64,000 bases of DNA from a bacterium. Lineage in GTDB: Bacteria > Patescibacteriota > Minisyncoccia > Minisyncoccales > CG1-02-41-26. A program made the position numbers and the translations under genes. Location of the stretch: positions 6,707 to 70,706 of the forward strand of contig JAUWWY010000003.1 in the NCBI GenBank assembly GCA_030616605.1. The letters are read 5' to 3'. Shown here one piece after another: positions 49,466 through 59,888 of the stretch. The notes below the pieces were generated by a model, which saw nothing but the letters and a program-made list of their open reading frames with translations, did no database searches and had not been told where the DNA came from. How positions within the stretch are numbered: the first letter of the stretch is position 1; the number at the start of each line of letters is the position of its first letter.

Positions 49466-50008
49466 TTAAAACTCCAAAATCATTATGAGTTCATCGATAA
49501 GATTTCCATTAAATTGATACTGATGAGACACTCTTGCTACTTGTTTAAATCCTAAATCTTTATAAAGCTTCATTGCTATTTTGTTTGTCTGAGAAAGACT
49601 CAATCTAATAATTTTGGGAATGGGTTTTAATCGAGTCTTAGCTAATTTAAGGATTTTTTCTGTTAAATAAGTTCCCAGGCCCATTCCTCGATAATCCTTT
49701 CTTATGGCTATGCTTAGTATTCCGACATGTTCTTTGCGTTCTTCCAGTAAATAGATTTCAGCTTCGGCAATAATCTTTTTATTGTGCCAGCTTACCAAAA
49801 AAACCGATTTCTTTTCTTTAACCCCTTTTAATTTGGCTTTTAGCCATTCTCTTTCTTCTTTCAGAGATTTCTTTTTCTTTATTAAAATCTGGGCTTTTTC
49901 TTCTACTAAAGAATTAATAAAGTCTTTAAAATATCGGGTTTTAGAAACGTCTTTCTCAAAAAGGGTTTTGGTGATAATTTTTTTATCTCCAAAAGATTTT
50001 ACTTCCAT
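49466..50008 (-). CDS. GNAT N-acetyltransferase, start revised to MEVKSF
   Basis: The GNAT core is RGMGLGTYL. The longer track ORF overlaps gap by 68 nt. Confidence 0.65.
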   Translation of the reverse strand: MEVKSFGDKKIITKTLFEKDVSKTRYFKDFINSLVEEKAQILIKKKKSLKEEREWLKAKLKGVKEKKSVFLVSWHNKKIIAEAEIYLLEERKEHVGILSIAIRKDYRGMGLGTYLTEKILKLAKTRLKPIPKIIRLSLSQTNKIAMKLYKDLGFKQVARVSHQYQFNGNLIDELIMILEF

Positions 50009-50009
50009 A

Positions 50010-51029
50010 TCAAAGTTTTTTGCCGACATACTCGGCGAATTCTCCCAAGCGACAGGCGTATCCCCATTCATTATCATACCAAACTAATACCTTTATTAAA
50101 TTATCAAAGGCTTGAGTTGATAAAGCATCAATAATTGCAGAAAAAGAATTACCTATGTAATCGGAAGAAACAAGTGGAGCATCCTCAACCCCTAAAATTC
50201 CTCTAAATTCTTTTGTTTGAGAAGCTTTTTTCAGAAGATAATTTATTTCTTCAGCTGTTGTTTCTTTTTTAACTTGAGCTACAAAATCAACAATGGAAAC
50301 AGTTGGGGTTGGCACCCGCAAAGATAAACCATCTAATTTTCCTTTAAGTTCCGGTAAACATTTTTCTACTGTTTTAGTGGCTCCGGTTGTAGTTGGAATA
50401 ATATTCAAAGCAGCAGCCCTTGTTCTTCTTAAATCTTTATGAGCTAAATCTAAAATTCTTTGGTCATTGGTATAACTGTGAACGGTTGTCATAAAACCCT
50501 TTAAAATTTCAAACTCCTTGTTTAAAATTTTAGCTACCGGAGCTAAACAATTAGTGGTGCAAGAACCCATTGAAATAACATCATCTTTTTCCGGTTTATA
50601 ATCCTCTTCGTTCACCCCCAAAAGATATGTTGGAATTTCTTCTGATTTAGCCGGCGCTGAAATTATGACCTTCTTGGCTCCAGCTTTTAGATGCTTTTCT
50701 GCTCCTTCTAAATCAGTAAAATGGCCAGTGCATTCCAAAACAATATCCACTCCTAATTTTTCCCAGGGCAAATTCTCAGGCTCTTTCTCAGAGAAAAGCT
50801 CCACTTTTTTCCCATTTAAAGTCCCATCAATCAAAAGTCCTCCACCCCCAGACTTAACTTGCTTTTTGTAAATCCCGTATAAAGAATCGTATTTCAAAAG
50901 ATGAGATAGGGTTTTTGAATCAGCTAAATCATTAATGGCAATCACATCCATTTCCGGATGTTTGTCCAAAATTCTTCTGAAGGTTGGTCTGCCAATTCGA
51001 CCAAAACCATTTATTGCAATTTTAATCAT
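50010..51029 (-). CDS. gap: Glyceraldehyde-3-phosphate dehydrogenase
   Basis: INGFGRIGR and the active site SCTTNCLAP. Confidence 0.95.
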   Translation of the reverse strand: MIKIAINGFGRIGRPTFRRILDKHPEMDVIAINDLADSKTLSHLLKYDSLYGIYKKQVKSGGGGLLIDGTLNGKKVELFSEKEPENLPWEKLGVDIVLECTGHFTDLEGAEKHLKAGAKKVIISAPAKSEEIPTYLLGVNEEDYKPEKDDVISMGSCTTNCLAPVAKILNKEFEILKGFMTTVHSYTNDQRILDLAHKDLRRTRAAALNIIPTTTGATKTVEKCLPELKGKLDGLSLRVPTPTVSIVDFVAQVKKETTAEEINYLLKKASQTKEFRGILGVEDAPLVSSDYIGNSFSAIIDALSTQAFDNLIKVLVWYDNEWGYACRLGEFAEYVGKKL

Positions 51030-51038
51030 ATTTGTTGT

Positions 51039-51278
51039 TTAATTCTCTATATTTAAAAGTTTCGAAATTCGCTTTCTATCAAATCCGACCACAAACTCCC
51101 CATCTATCTCCAATACTGGTACTGCCATCTGGCCTGTTTTCTCCACCATTTCCCGGGCTGCTTCCTGGTTTTGACTAACATCAATCTCTTCAAAATCAAC
51201 ATTGTGCTTTTTTAAAAATTCTTTCAGGGATACACAATAAGGACAGACAGGAGTACTATATACTTTAACTTTATTCAT
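51039..51278 (-). CDS. Glutaredoxin-like protein
   Basis: 79 aa with a CPYC motif. Confidence 0.8.
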   Translation of the reverse strand: MNKVKVYSTPVCPYCVSLKEFLKKHNVDFEEIDVSQNQEAAREMVEKTGQMAVPVLEIDGEFVVGFDRKRISKLLNIEN

Positions 51279-51281
51279 AAT

Positions 51282-51989
51282 TTATTGGCAACCGCCGCCT
51301 CCTGGATTTTCTCCGCTTGGAGATTCAGCTCCCAAAGGCGCTTCACAGCCAGTAGCTGCTGAAAAATTTTCAAAAGTTCTTTCTCCTTGATATTGTTTTC
51401 CTTTGATAAGAATAGTTGGAAATCCTTGAACTCCTTTTTCACTACATAATTCTTCTTCTTCTGTACATTCAACATAGATGGGTTTTACCATATCAAATCC
51501 GCCCAACATCTCCACTAATTTTTCAGTCCAACCGCACCAATTTGCTCCGTAGATAACAAAATCAGCTTCTTTAAGACAAGCTATAAATTCTGTAAGTTCT
51601 TCGGGGGCTATAGTATTTTCAGAAGAAGATTGTGATTCTTCAGAGTCCGGGTTTTGAACAATAGGTTCCTCTTCTAAATAAAATCCTTCAGGAAAGAAAA
51701 TTTTTCCGTCTTTTGTCAGAAAAGAAAGAATTTTTTGGCCAGCTACTTCAATCTGAAATTTATACAAACCTGCTTCTTCTTCAATTTCTCCTACTAAACT
51801 CGCCTTGAGTTGTCCTTGTAAAAGACTTTCATTTATATAAGTCAGAATTAAGTCCTCTACTTCTTCAATATTAATAGTATCTTTTCCAATTTTTTGACCG
51901 AATTGAGAATAAACCAATCCCCCAGCCAGAGCTACACAAACTATCAGGAGAATCAATATTATTAAATTTTTATTTTTAAGATTTATCAT
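51282..51989 (-). CDS. Membrane-anchored thioredoxin-fold protein with a degenerate active site (WCGWT)
   Basis: YGANWCGWT...YVECTE...CSEKGVQGFPT resembles VKOR-associated Trx domains, but the second Cys of the CxxC is absent. Confidence 0.5.
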   Translation of the reverse strand: MINLKNKNLIILILLIVCVALAGGLVYSQFGQKIGKDTINIEEVEDLILTYINESLLQGQLKASLVGEIEEEAGLYKFQIEVAGQKILSFLTKDGKIFFPEGFYLEEEPIVQNPDSEESQSSSENTIAPEELTEFIACLKEADFVIYGANWCGWTEKLVEMLGGFDMVKPIYVECTEEEELCSEKGVQGFPTILIKGKQYQGERTFENFSAATGCEAPLGAESPSGENPGGGGCQ

Positions 51990-53182
51990 AATTTTATTTT
52001 AACAATTAGTTTCAAAAAATCAATACTTTTTATTCTACCAAGTTTTCCTTTTGAGCAATCTTTTTCTGAAAATTTTTTAACATTATCTTTTCCATCGCCA
52101 AAAATCAAAACTGGAACCGGTTCTTTACAATGCCTTTTAAGAGTACAACAGGTTGAGTGGTCAGCAGTTACTACTATTAAAGTATTTTTGAGATTTAAAA
52201 TTGGCTTCAAATTTTTATCAATTTTTTCAATAAATTTCTTTTTTTCCTGAAAATTCCCATCCTCAGCTAAACTATCAGTAGCTTTAATGTGGAGAAAAAT
52301 AAAATCGTATTTTTTAAAAGCTTTTATAGCAGCCCGAATTTTTCCCTTTAAATTTGTATTGGGAAGCCCATTTGCTCCTTTAACTTTTATTACATCCATT
52401 CCTAAAATTTTTCCGATTTGTTGATAAAGGAATTTTCCGGCAATACAACAAGCCTTCAAACCATATCTTTTTCTAAAACTTGGTAATTTCTTTAGAGTAC
52501 TGGCTCCCCGGACCAAAAGATAGTTAGCTGGGAGCAAGCCGAGTTTTTCTCTTTTTTTATTTTGAGGATGTTCTTTTAAAATCTTGTGGGCTTTTCTTAA
52601 AAATTCATTTAGAATTTTTGCTGTAAAAACAGCTTGAGGAGTTTTATCGAGTGGTTTAATTTTTCTTGCTCTCTTTTCTAACTTTCCATAAAATGGATCT
52701 CCATCTGAGATATTAGAACTTAAATTTCTTCCCCTCAAAATAACTCCTAATCTATGTTCACTAGCGCTTTTTAGCAATAACTTAATATTATCAACTTTAA
52801 TTCCTTTCAAAGCTTTAATTAAGGATTGGGTCTCCCTAATTCTTCCAGCTCGCCTATCAATCATATTTAATCTCTCATCAACAGTGGCAAAATTTCCCCT
52901 CAAAGCAACATCACCCTTTTTCGCCTTCATACCAGTGCCAGTTGCTGTAATAATTCCCCTCCTTATTTTATAAAACTCAGGGTCATAACCAAATAAAGAA
53001 AAATGAGCTTCTTCAGAGGTTGGGGTAGCGCCGCGGAATTTAAGTTTTTTTAAACCACAAATTCCTTGTTTGGCTAAAAAATCTAAATTTGGCGTTCTGG
53101 CCGCCTCCAAAGGAGTTTTGTTGCCAAGCTCTTTGATAGGTCGGTCGCCAAGACCATCAATGATTAATAATAAAATTTTCAT
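51986..53182 (-). CDS. apgM: Cofactor-independent phosphoglycerate mutase, archaeal type
   Basis: MKILLLIIDGLGDRP and the metalloenzyme C-terminal motif TADHST. Confidence 0.85.
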   Translation of the reverse strand: MKILLLIIDGLGDRPIKELGNKTPLEAARTPNLDFLAKQGICGLKKLKFRGATPTSEEAHFSLFGYDPEFYKIRRGIITATGTGMKAKKGDVALRGNFATVDERLNMIDRRAGRIRETQSLIKALKGIKVDNIKLLLKSASEHRLGVILRGRNLSSNISDGDPFYGKLEKRARKIKPLDKTPQAVFTAKILNEFLRKAHKILKEHPQNKKREKLGLLPANYLLVRGASTLKKLPSFRKRYGLKACCIAGKFLYQQIGKILGMDVIKVKGANGLPNTNLKGKIRAAIKAFKKYDFIFLHIKATDSLAEDGNFQEKKKFIEKIDKNLKPILNLKNTLIVVTADHSTCCTLKRHCKEPVPVLIFGDGKDNVKKFSEKDCSKGKLGRIKSIDFLKLIVKIKL

Positions 53183-53185
53183 AGC

Positions 53186-54403
53186 TTACAAAGAACTGTT
53201 CTCTGTTAATTCTTCTTCGATTTTTAAAAGTCGGTTATATTTTGCCATTCGTTCTGCTGGACCAGGCGCTCCCGACTTTATAAATTCAGCTCTAATACCA
53301 ACAGCGAGGTCGGCAATAAAATCATCAAGGGTTTCACCAGAACGATGGGAAACAATAATTTTCCATTCAAATTTTTTTGCCAGTTTTGCCGCAGCAATTG
53401 TTTCTGTTATTGTTCCAATTTGATTGGGCTTTAGAATTATTCCATTACAAGCCTCTTTTTCTTTAGCTTCCTTAATTCTTTCCAGATTTGTCACTGTCAA
53501 ATCATCTCCCATAATTAACAACTTTGCACTTTGCACTTTGCACTTTGCACTTAATTGCTGCCAGGATTTCCAGTCATCTTGTTCAAATGGGTCTTCTAAA
53601 AATGAAATGGGATATTCTTTGAGTAAATCTTGGTAAAACCCTAAAAGTTCCTCTCCTGTTCTTTTTTCTCCTTCAAAATTATATTTTCCCTCTTGGAAAA
53701 AATGTGAAGCGGCGCAATCCAAACCAATTTTTACTTTTCTCTCATTTTTGGTTTTTCTTATAGCTTCTGTTATTAAATCTAATGCCTCTTTTGTTTTTTT
53801 TAAAGGCGGTGCAAATCCTCCTTCAACACCAAGATTACAAGCTTTTTCTTCAAATTTATTTTTTAAAATCTCTTTTAATGAGTGATAAATTTCTGTTCCT
53901 ATTCTTAAATTTTTTTGAAAAATCTCTGTTTGAGGAACAATCATAAACTCCTGAATATCTAAATCGTTCCCACTATGAAGTCCACCTTCGATAATTAAAA
54001 TACAGGGAAGAGGTAATTTTGTTTCTCTCTCGGCGATTTTTGAAATCCATTTCCATAAAGCTAAGTTCTGAGCTGCTGCTCCAGCCCGACAAACTGCTAT
54101 TGATACTCCTAAGATAGCATTAGCTCCAAGACTTGACTTATTTTCTGTTCCATCTAATTTTATCAAAAATTCATCAATTTCTTTTTGCTGGCTTACATCT
54201 TTTCCTTTTAATTCTGGACTGATAATCTCATTAACATTCTTCACGCCATCTCTAAGCTCAACTGCCTCATATTTTCCCCGGGATGTACCAGAAGGTATTG
54301 AAGCTTGAAAAATTCCAAGCTCTGTTTCAACTTCTACTTCAATTGTTGGCTCGCTCCTTGAATCCAAAATCTCTTTTGCTTTTATTTTTTTTATTTCGGG
54401 CAT
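53186..54403 (-). CDS. eno: Enolase
   Basis: Enolase signatures SHRSGETLD and IKAKEILDSR. Confidence 0.95.
   Translation of the reverse strand: MPEIKKIKAKEILDSRSEPTIEVEVETELGIFQASIPSGTSRGKYEAVELRDGVKNVNEIISPELKGKDVSQQKEIDEFLIKLDGTENKSSLGANAILGVSIAVCRAGAAAQNLALWKWISKIAERETKLPLPCILIIEGGLHSGNDLDIQEFMIVPQTEIFQKNLRIGTEIYHSLKEILKNKFEEKACNLGVEGGFAPPLKKTKEALDLITEAIRKTKNERKVKIGLDCAASHFFQEGKYNFEGEKRTGEELLGFYQDLLKEYPISFLEDPFEQDDWKSWQQLSAKCKVQSAKLLIMGDDLTVTNLERIKEAKEKEACNGIILKPNQIGTITETIAAAKLAKKFEWKIIVSHRSGETLDDFIADLAVGIRAEFIKSGAPGPAERMAKYNRLLKIEEELTENSSL
53520..53552. repeat. Heptanucleotide tandem repeat (TTTGCAC)4 inside eno
   Basis: The plus strand reads aacTTTGCACTTTGCACTTTGCACTTTGCACtt, which encodes LSAKCKVQSAKL on the minus strand. 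Confidence 0.9.
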
Positions 54404-54407
54404 TTTA

Positions 54408-55331
54408 TTAATTCATATTTTGCAAATACTTATAGACAGCCAGAGCAGCTCTGGCACCTTCACCAGCGGCAATAATTATTTGCTTCCATTTTCCATCATT
54501 AACATCGCCAGCAGCAAAAATACCCGGGCACGAGGTCTGACAAGTTTTAAAATCAACTTTAATCTCATCCGCTTCATTAAACTCAACTAATCCCTTAACA
54601 AAAGCAGTGGCTGGAATAGTTCCAATCTGAACAAAAACTCCATCAATTGGCACTTGAAAAGTTTTCTTGGTTTTTAAATCATGATAGAGCAATGATTGAA
54701 CTTTACCCCTCCCCTCAATTTTTTTAACCTCTTTATTTAAATGAATTTCAATTTTCTTTTCTTTTTTTGCCTCTTCCTGTAAAATCTCATCGGCTATTAT
54801 TTTATCAGACCTCTCAAAAATAAAAATTCTTTTTGCGTATTTTAACAAATCCAAAGCTGCCTCAAATCCAGAATTCCCACCCCCAATCACGGCCACCGCC
54901 TTATCTTGAAAAAAAGGGGCATCGCATATAGAACAGTATGATACACCTTGACCAATAAATTCTTTCTCACCCGGAACTTCCAAAGGTCTCGGGTCCCTGC
55001 CAGTAGCTATAATCACTGACTTTGTTAAAAAATTTTTTTTGCTTCCTGTTTTAATTAAAAAAAATTCTTTCTCTTTCTTCACCCTAACTACTTTTTCAGC
55101 TTCTTGAATTTCAATCTCAAACTTTTTTATATGTTCTTTAAACTTTTCCATCAATTCAATTCCTGAAATTCCAGGTAATCCCAAGTAGTTATCAATTTGA
55201 CCTGTTTTCCCCACCTGACCTATAAAATCCTCAGTTACTAATAAAGTTTTTAATTTTTTTCTGGCAGCATAAATACCCGCAGTCACTCCTGCGGGTCCCC
55301 CACCAATTATTATTAAGTCGTAAAGCTCCAT
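54408..55331 (-). CDS. trxB: Thioredoxin-disulfide reductase
   Basis: GGGPAG, a redox CSICD motif, and GGGNSG. Confidence 0.9.
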   Translation of the reverse strand: MELYDLIIIGGGPAGVTAGIYAARKKLKTLLVTEDFIGQVGKTGQIDNYLGLPGISGIELMEKFKEHIKKFEIEIQEAEKVVRVKKEKEFFLIKTGSKKNFLTKSVIIATGRDPRPLEVPGEKEFIGQGVSYCSICDAPFFQDKAVAVIGGGNSGFEAALDLLKYAKRIFIFERSDKIIADEILQEEAKKEKKIEIHLNKEVKKIEGRGKVQSLLYHDLKTKKTFQVPIDGVFVQIGTIPATAFVKGLVEFNEADEIKVDFKTCQTSCPGIFAAGDVNDGKWKQIIIAAGEGARAALAVYKYLQNMN

Positions 55332-55335
55332 AGAG

Positions 55336-56214
55336 TTATTTTATTCTTTTTAAAAACTCTTTGAGGATTGCTCCGTATTGAGGATGTTTTAAACAAAGAT
55401 ATAAATTTGATTTCATCCAATCAATAATCCTGCCGCATTCAAGCCACTCCCCATCAATCTCATAACCATAAACTATTTTACCATCTTTTATTATTAAGTT
55501 TAGAGCATCAGCTAAAATTATTTCTCCTTTTTTATCAGGTTGAGTTTTTTTCAAATAATTAAAAATTTCAGGAGTTAGAATATATCTGCCAGCAATTACT
55601 AAATCAGAAAGAGCTTCATCCGGGGGTGCTTTTTCTTTAATTTTTTTAATTTTATACAATCTGTTAGCAATTTTTTCTACAGCCACTGAACCATAGGAAG
55701 AAATCTTTTCCTTGGAAACCTTTTTCAAACCAATTATCGGTCTCTGGGAAGTCTGAAAAATTTTTTTAAGCTGACTCAAGGCGGCAACTTTGCTTTCAAA
55801 AACATCATCAGGAAACAAAACAGCAAACCCTTCGTTTTTAATCTGATTTTTAGCTCTTAAAACTGCGTCGCCATCTCCCTTGGGAACTTTTTGAAGACTG
55901 GAAGAAAAAACAAGTTCTTCAAAATCTTTTTCTATTTTTTTTAGATTCTCCAAATGTTTCTTTTTTTGATTGTCTTTTTTGAGAATGTTTTCTAATTTTT
56001 GATTTTTCTTGAAATAATCATAAATAATTTTTTTATTTTCCGACAAAATAAAAATTATCTTATCTATTTCAGAATATTTTGCTTCTCGGACAGCAAAATC
56101 AATCAAGGGCACATCAGTCAAGGGTAAAAGCTCTTTAGGAAGAGCTTTAGTTAAGGGAAGAAATCGAGTGCCCAAGCCAGCGACTGGAATAATTGCTTTA
56201 GTAATTTGTCGCAT
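55336..56214 (-). CDS. galU: UTP-glucose-1-phosphate uridylyltransferase
   Basis: KAIIPVAGLGTRFLPLTKALPKELLP. Confidence 0.9.
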   Translation of the reverse strand: MRQITKAIIPVAGLGTRFLPLTKALPKELLPLTDVPLIDFAVREAKYSEIDKIIFILSENKKIIYDYFKKNQKLENILKKDNQKKKHLENLKKIEKDFEELVFSSSLQKVPKGDGDAVLRAKNQIKNEGFAVLFPDDVFESKVAALSQLKKIFQTSQRPIIGLKKVSKEKISSYGSVAVEKIANRLYKIKKIKEKAPPDEALSDLVIAGRYILTPEIFNYLKKTQPDKKGEIILADALNLIIKDGKIVYGYEIDGEWLECGRIIDWMKSNLYLCLKHPQYGAILKEFLKRIK

Positions 56215-56215
56215 A

Positions 56216-57430
56216 TTACTTTTTTCTCAAAAAGGCGGGGACTTCCCATTCCGGTTCCTGAACCAGTGATAGTTCCCGTTCTTCGGCTTCTTTTTTTGCT
56301 TTTTTTACTTCTAAAGCCGACTTTCGAACTTTACGCATGGGTTTAACTTTTCTTTTGCTTTTAGCTTTCTTTTTGACTTTTCCTTTCTTTTTTTCTTTCT
56401 TTTTTTCTTTTTGCTCTTTAACATTTTCTTTTTCCTGACTTGAAAAATCTTCTCCTATCCCCAAAAGAGTAATTTTAAGTTTCTTAACTGATTTTGAACT
56501 CTGGGAAATTCCAAAAATAATTTTTGCTGTAGGGTTTAAATCAAAAATTGACTTGGCTATTTTTTCTATTTCTCTCAGTTCCAAATTCGAGCCATCGGAA
56601 ATGTTAAACAAAATCTTTTTAAGTTTTGAAGGAGGAGTAAAAAGAGGATTTTCAAAAATTCCTTTAATTGCTTCTTCCACCCTATTGGGTCCTTGACCAA
56701 TTCCCCGACCAAAATAAACCATCTGGTTCTTCCCTTTAAGAATGGTCCAGAGGTCAGCAAAATCAATATTAATAATTCCCGGTAATGAGATTATCTTAAT
56801 TAAATCCTGAAAATAACCAATTAAAAGTTGGTTCATTGAAGAAAGAGATTTTTGTAAAGAAGCTTTTTTTTCAGAGTGTTTCAGAATTTCTTCATTTGGT
56901 AAAACAATCACTCCTGCTAAATTGTCTTTCAAATTCTTTAAACTGTTTTTAGCAAGTCTCATCTTTTTCTCTCCTTCAAAATTAAAAGGCAAAGTGAAAA
57001 TACCAATAGAGAGTACTTTTGCTTCTTTTAAAACTTGACTGAAAACCGGAGAAGCTCCAGAACCCACTCCTCCTCCAAGACAACTTACTAAAATCACCAA
57101 ATCAAGACCCTGAATCTTTTTTTTGATTTTTTCTCTTACCTCCATTGCCGCCTTTTCCCCGATTTCTGAATTCATTCCCGTACCCCAACCTCGGGTCAAT
57201 TCCTGACCAAATTGAAAAGCTCCAATCCCTGAAGAAATTTTCTTAAAACTTCTTTGATCAGTATCTGCTGCCAAAAAACTCACTCCTTTTAAATTTTTTG
57301 CCATCTCATTCAAAATAGAAGAGGCTCCTCCGCCAACACCAATAATTCGAATCTTAATCTGTCGAGGTTTTAATAGTTCTTTCTCCTTTTTCTTGGATTT
57401 TTTTGAAGTTTTCTTTTTTAGTTTTGACAT
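56216..57430 (-). CDS. ftsZ: Cell division GTPase FtsZ with Lys-rich terminal extensions
   Basis: GVGGGAS and the tubulin signature GGGVGSGASP. Confidence 0.9.
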   Translation of the reverse strand: MSKLKKKTSKKSKKKEKELLKPRQIKIRIIGVGGGASSILNEMAKNLKGVSFLAADTDQRSFKKISSGIGAFQFGQELTRGWGTGMNSEIGEKAAMEVREKIKKKIQGLDLVILVSCLGGGVGSGASPVFSQVLKEAKVLSIGIFTLPFNFEGEKKMRLAKNSLKNLKDNLAGVIVLPNEEILKHSEKKASLQKSLSSMNQLLIGYFQDLIKIISLPGIINIDFADLWTILKGKNQMVYFGRGIGQGPNRVEEAIKGIFENPLFTPPSKLKKILFNISDGSNLELREIEKIAKSIFDLNPTAKIIFGISQSSKSVKKLKITLLGIGEDFSSQEKENVKEQKEKKKEKKKGKVKKKAKSKRKVKPMRKVRKSALEVKKAKKEAEERELSLVQEPEWEVPAFLRKK

Positions 57431-57450
57431 TTAGTCATTTGCTTTTAGAG

Positions 57451-59751
57451 TTATTCCTCTTCCTCCTCTTCTTCTTCTTCTTCTATTACTTCTTCTCTTT
57501 CTAATTCTTCAATTTTTGTTTTAACTAACTCATTATTGGGATTGAGTGCTAAAACTTTTTCAAATTCCTCCAAAGCTTTATCCTTTAGTCCTTTTATTTC
57601 ATAAGTTAAACCCAAAGAATAATGAGAATTGGAATGGTTGGGAGAAATAATTATAGCACTCTGAAACTGACCAATTGCTTTGTCATATTCCTTCTGATTG
57701 AAATAAAACCTGCCTAATTGAAAGTGAGCCTCAACTGAAAAAGGGTTGTTCTTAACTATTTCCTCTAACCGCAGTCCTGCCTCTTCTTTCTTTCCCTCTT
57801 CCTCGTCTATTAAGGCAAGTTGAATTCCGGGCTCAACATAATCTCCTCTTAATTCCAAAGCTTTGTTAAACCAAACTTTAGCTTCTTCTATCTTTTCCTC
57901 TGTAATCTTAAACTTTCCCAACTCATTCATTAAAACAGGGTTTTTGGGTTCAAGCTCCAAGGCATCTTCAAAACTTTTAATCCCCCATTCCAAAACTCCC
58001 TGAGCCAGTCCTTGAATATCGCGGTAGACTATACCCAATGTCTGATGAACAGCAACTCTCTTTGGAGAAACCTCTACTGCTCTTTGTGCTTCCCTAATAG
58101 CCAAAGCAGTCATATTTATTATCAACTGATTATCAGGTTGAACTTTGGTAAACTCGTTAGAAATCTCTACCAAATATCCTCTGGCTAAAGTCATATGATA
58201 AGTTGCCCTGGAATCATTTAACCTAGTAGAACTTTCTATTTTTTCAAAATTCTCTGCTGGACTTACTAAATAATCTCTATAATAAGCGTCAGCCACATAG
58301 TATTTAATCATAATAAAAGAGAAAAATCCGAGACCAATCAGGGCAACCCAAAACAAAATACTGAAAATTAGACCGATTTCTGGAAAATCGCGAAAGTTAA
58401 AGGTTTTCTCTTTTTGGGGCTTATCCCAGCTGACTGCTCCCAAGGCCAAAAATAACCAGAAGCTGAAAGCTAATGTTGTGTTTTGGTAAAAGACAAACTG
58501 GCTGGCTAACAAACCAAAAAAGGTGAGTAAAATAGGCAGCTGAAACTTAATACTTGATTCTTTAATCTTGGAGATTATAACAATCCAAGAAACCATTAAA
58601 AACATTCCGAGCAAAGCAAGGAAACTTAAAATTCCTAAAACTCCGGTTGTGCCAAGAAGTTCGGCAATATGATTTCCTGCCCTATCAAATCTTATTTGCC
58701 AGAAAGGTGTTTCTAAAAAGCTTTGGGGCTTGAACTTGGCAAAAAGATAATTGAAAGTACTATTTCCCGAACCAAAAACTATGTTTTCTTTCAATCCCTG
58801 AAAGCCAACGTTCCAGCTCATGCCTTGGGACAAATTAATTTCTCTTGGCAAATTAGAAAAGGTTTGAGTTTGTTGGAAAAACCCTTGTAAGGGATTAGTA
58901 AAAAGGAAAATAAGAGAAATTAGCAGGAACAAGATAGACAAGCTCAGCCGATTGACATCTTCTCTGAAAACTCTTTTCCAGAAACCAAATATCAGGAATA
59001 AAAGTAAAGAAAGAGAAATAACCAGCCAAGCCGGCCAGAAATCAACCAAAATTAAAAGGAGAAAAATAGCAAAAAGAAAAACATAAAGCCAAATAGAACT
59101 TGTCTTGAGCGCGCGGAAAGAACTTGTTCTGGGTTTATCAAGGGATTTTTTCCGAAAAGCTAGCATTGCAATCAGAAGAATAAAGATAATTGCTAAATAC
59201 ATTACTAGCTGGGCGCTTGAACCGCCAATCGGGTTAAAGGTTTTAAAAAGCATAACCTGGGGTAATACCAGGATACTATTGATTTTTGTCCAAATACCCA
59301 AAAGAGAAAAATAACTTATCAAAACAACAAAGAAAGAAGACCATAAAAATGTTTTCAGTATTCCATTAATTGACAGTCCCTTGTTTGAAGGGGAAACATT
59401 ATTGGTAACCAAAAAATAAAAAACTCCAAGCGACAATATTCCAATTAGATTGGGCCAAATCCGGCCGTAAAAACCAAAGATGCTTGAAGTTTTATCCACT
59501 GAAAAGACAGCATTTAGAATCATAACCAAGAGAAAAACGAGTACAAAGATATCAAGCGGACCTTTTTTAAATCTGATTTTCTTTTCTTTAAAAATCATCC
59601 CTGTCAACCAGGCTAAAAAGCCGATTGAAACCAAGAAAAAGAGTAAATAAGTTTTATTAAACTCAAATACTTCAACTGAACTAGAGAGCCAAAAAAGAGG
59701 AAGTAGAAAGACTAAGAGATAAATTGAAACTTTGACAATTTTTTGCCACAT
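57451..59751 (-). CDS. O-antigen ligase/polymerase-like polytopic membrane protein with C-terminal TPR repeats and a poly-Glu tail
   Basis: More than 10 TM helices, the Wzy_C-like motif RAGNHIAELLGTTGVLG, and TPRs in the last 250 aa or so. Confidence 0.7.
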   Translation of the reverse strand: MWQKIVKVSIYLLVFLLPLFWLSSSVEVFEFNKTYLLFFLVSIGFLAWLTGMIFKEKKIRFKKGPLDIFVLVFLLVMILNAVFSVDKTSSIFGFYGRIWPNLIGILSLGVFYFLVTNNVSPSNKGLSINGILKTFLWSSFFVVLISYFSLLGIWTKINSILVLPQVMLFKTFNPIGGSSAQLVMYLAIIFILLIAMLAFRKKSLDKPRTSSFRALKTSSIWLYVFLFAIFLLLILVDFWPAWLVISLSLLLFLIFGFWKRVFREDVNRLSLSILFLLISLIFLFTNPLQGFFQQTQTFSNLPREINLSQGMSWNVGFQGLKENIVFGSGNSTFNYLFAKFKPQSFLETPFWQIRFDRAGNHIAELLGTTGVLGILSFLALLGMFLMVSWIVIISKIKESSIKFQLPILLTFFGLLASQFVFYQNTTLAFSFWLFLALGAVSWDKPQKEKTFNFRDFPEIGLIFSILFWVALIGLGFFSFIMIKYYVADAYYRDYLVSPAENFEKIESSTRLNDSRATYHMTLARGYLVEISNEFTKVQPDNQLIINMTALAIREAQRAVEVSPKRVAVHQTLGIVYRDIQGLAQGVLEWGIKSFEDALELEPKNPVLMNELGKFKITEEKIEEAKVWFNKALELRGDYVEPGIQLALIDEEEGKKEEAGLRLEEIVKNNPFSVEAHFQLGRFYFNQKEYDKAIGQFQSAIIISPNHSNSHYSLGLTYEIKGLKDKALEEFEKVLALNPNNELVKTKIEELEREEVIEEEEEEEEEE

Positions 59752-59888
59752 GTTTTTTTACTATTGAGACTGCCGCGTCACGTCGGACATGACCGCGTCT
59801 GACACGATTGTCTCTTCATTTTAAAAAAGACTTTTATTAATTGTAAACAATTCTAATAAAAAAAGCAAAACTTTTCTGTAATAATGTT

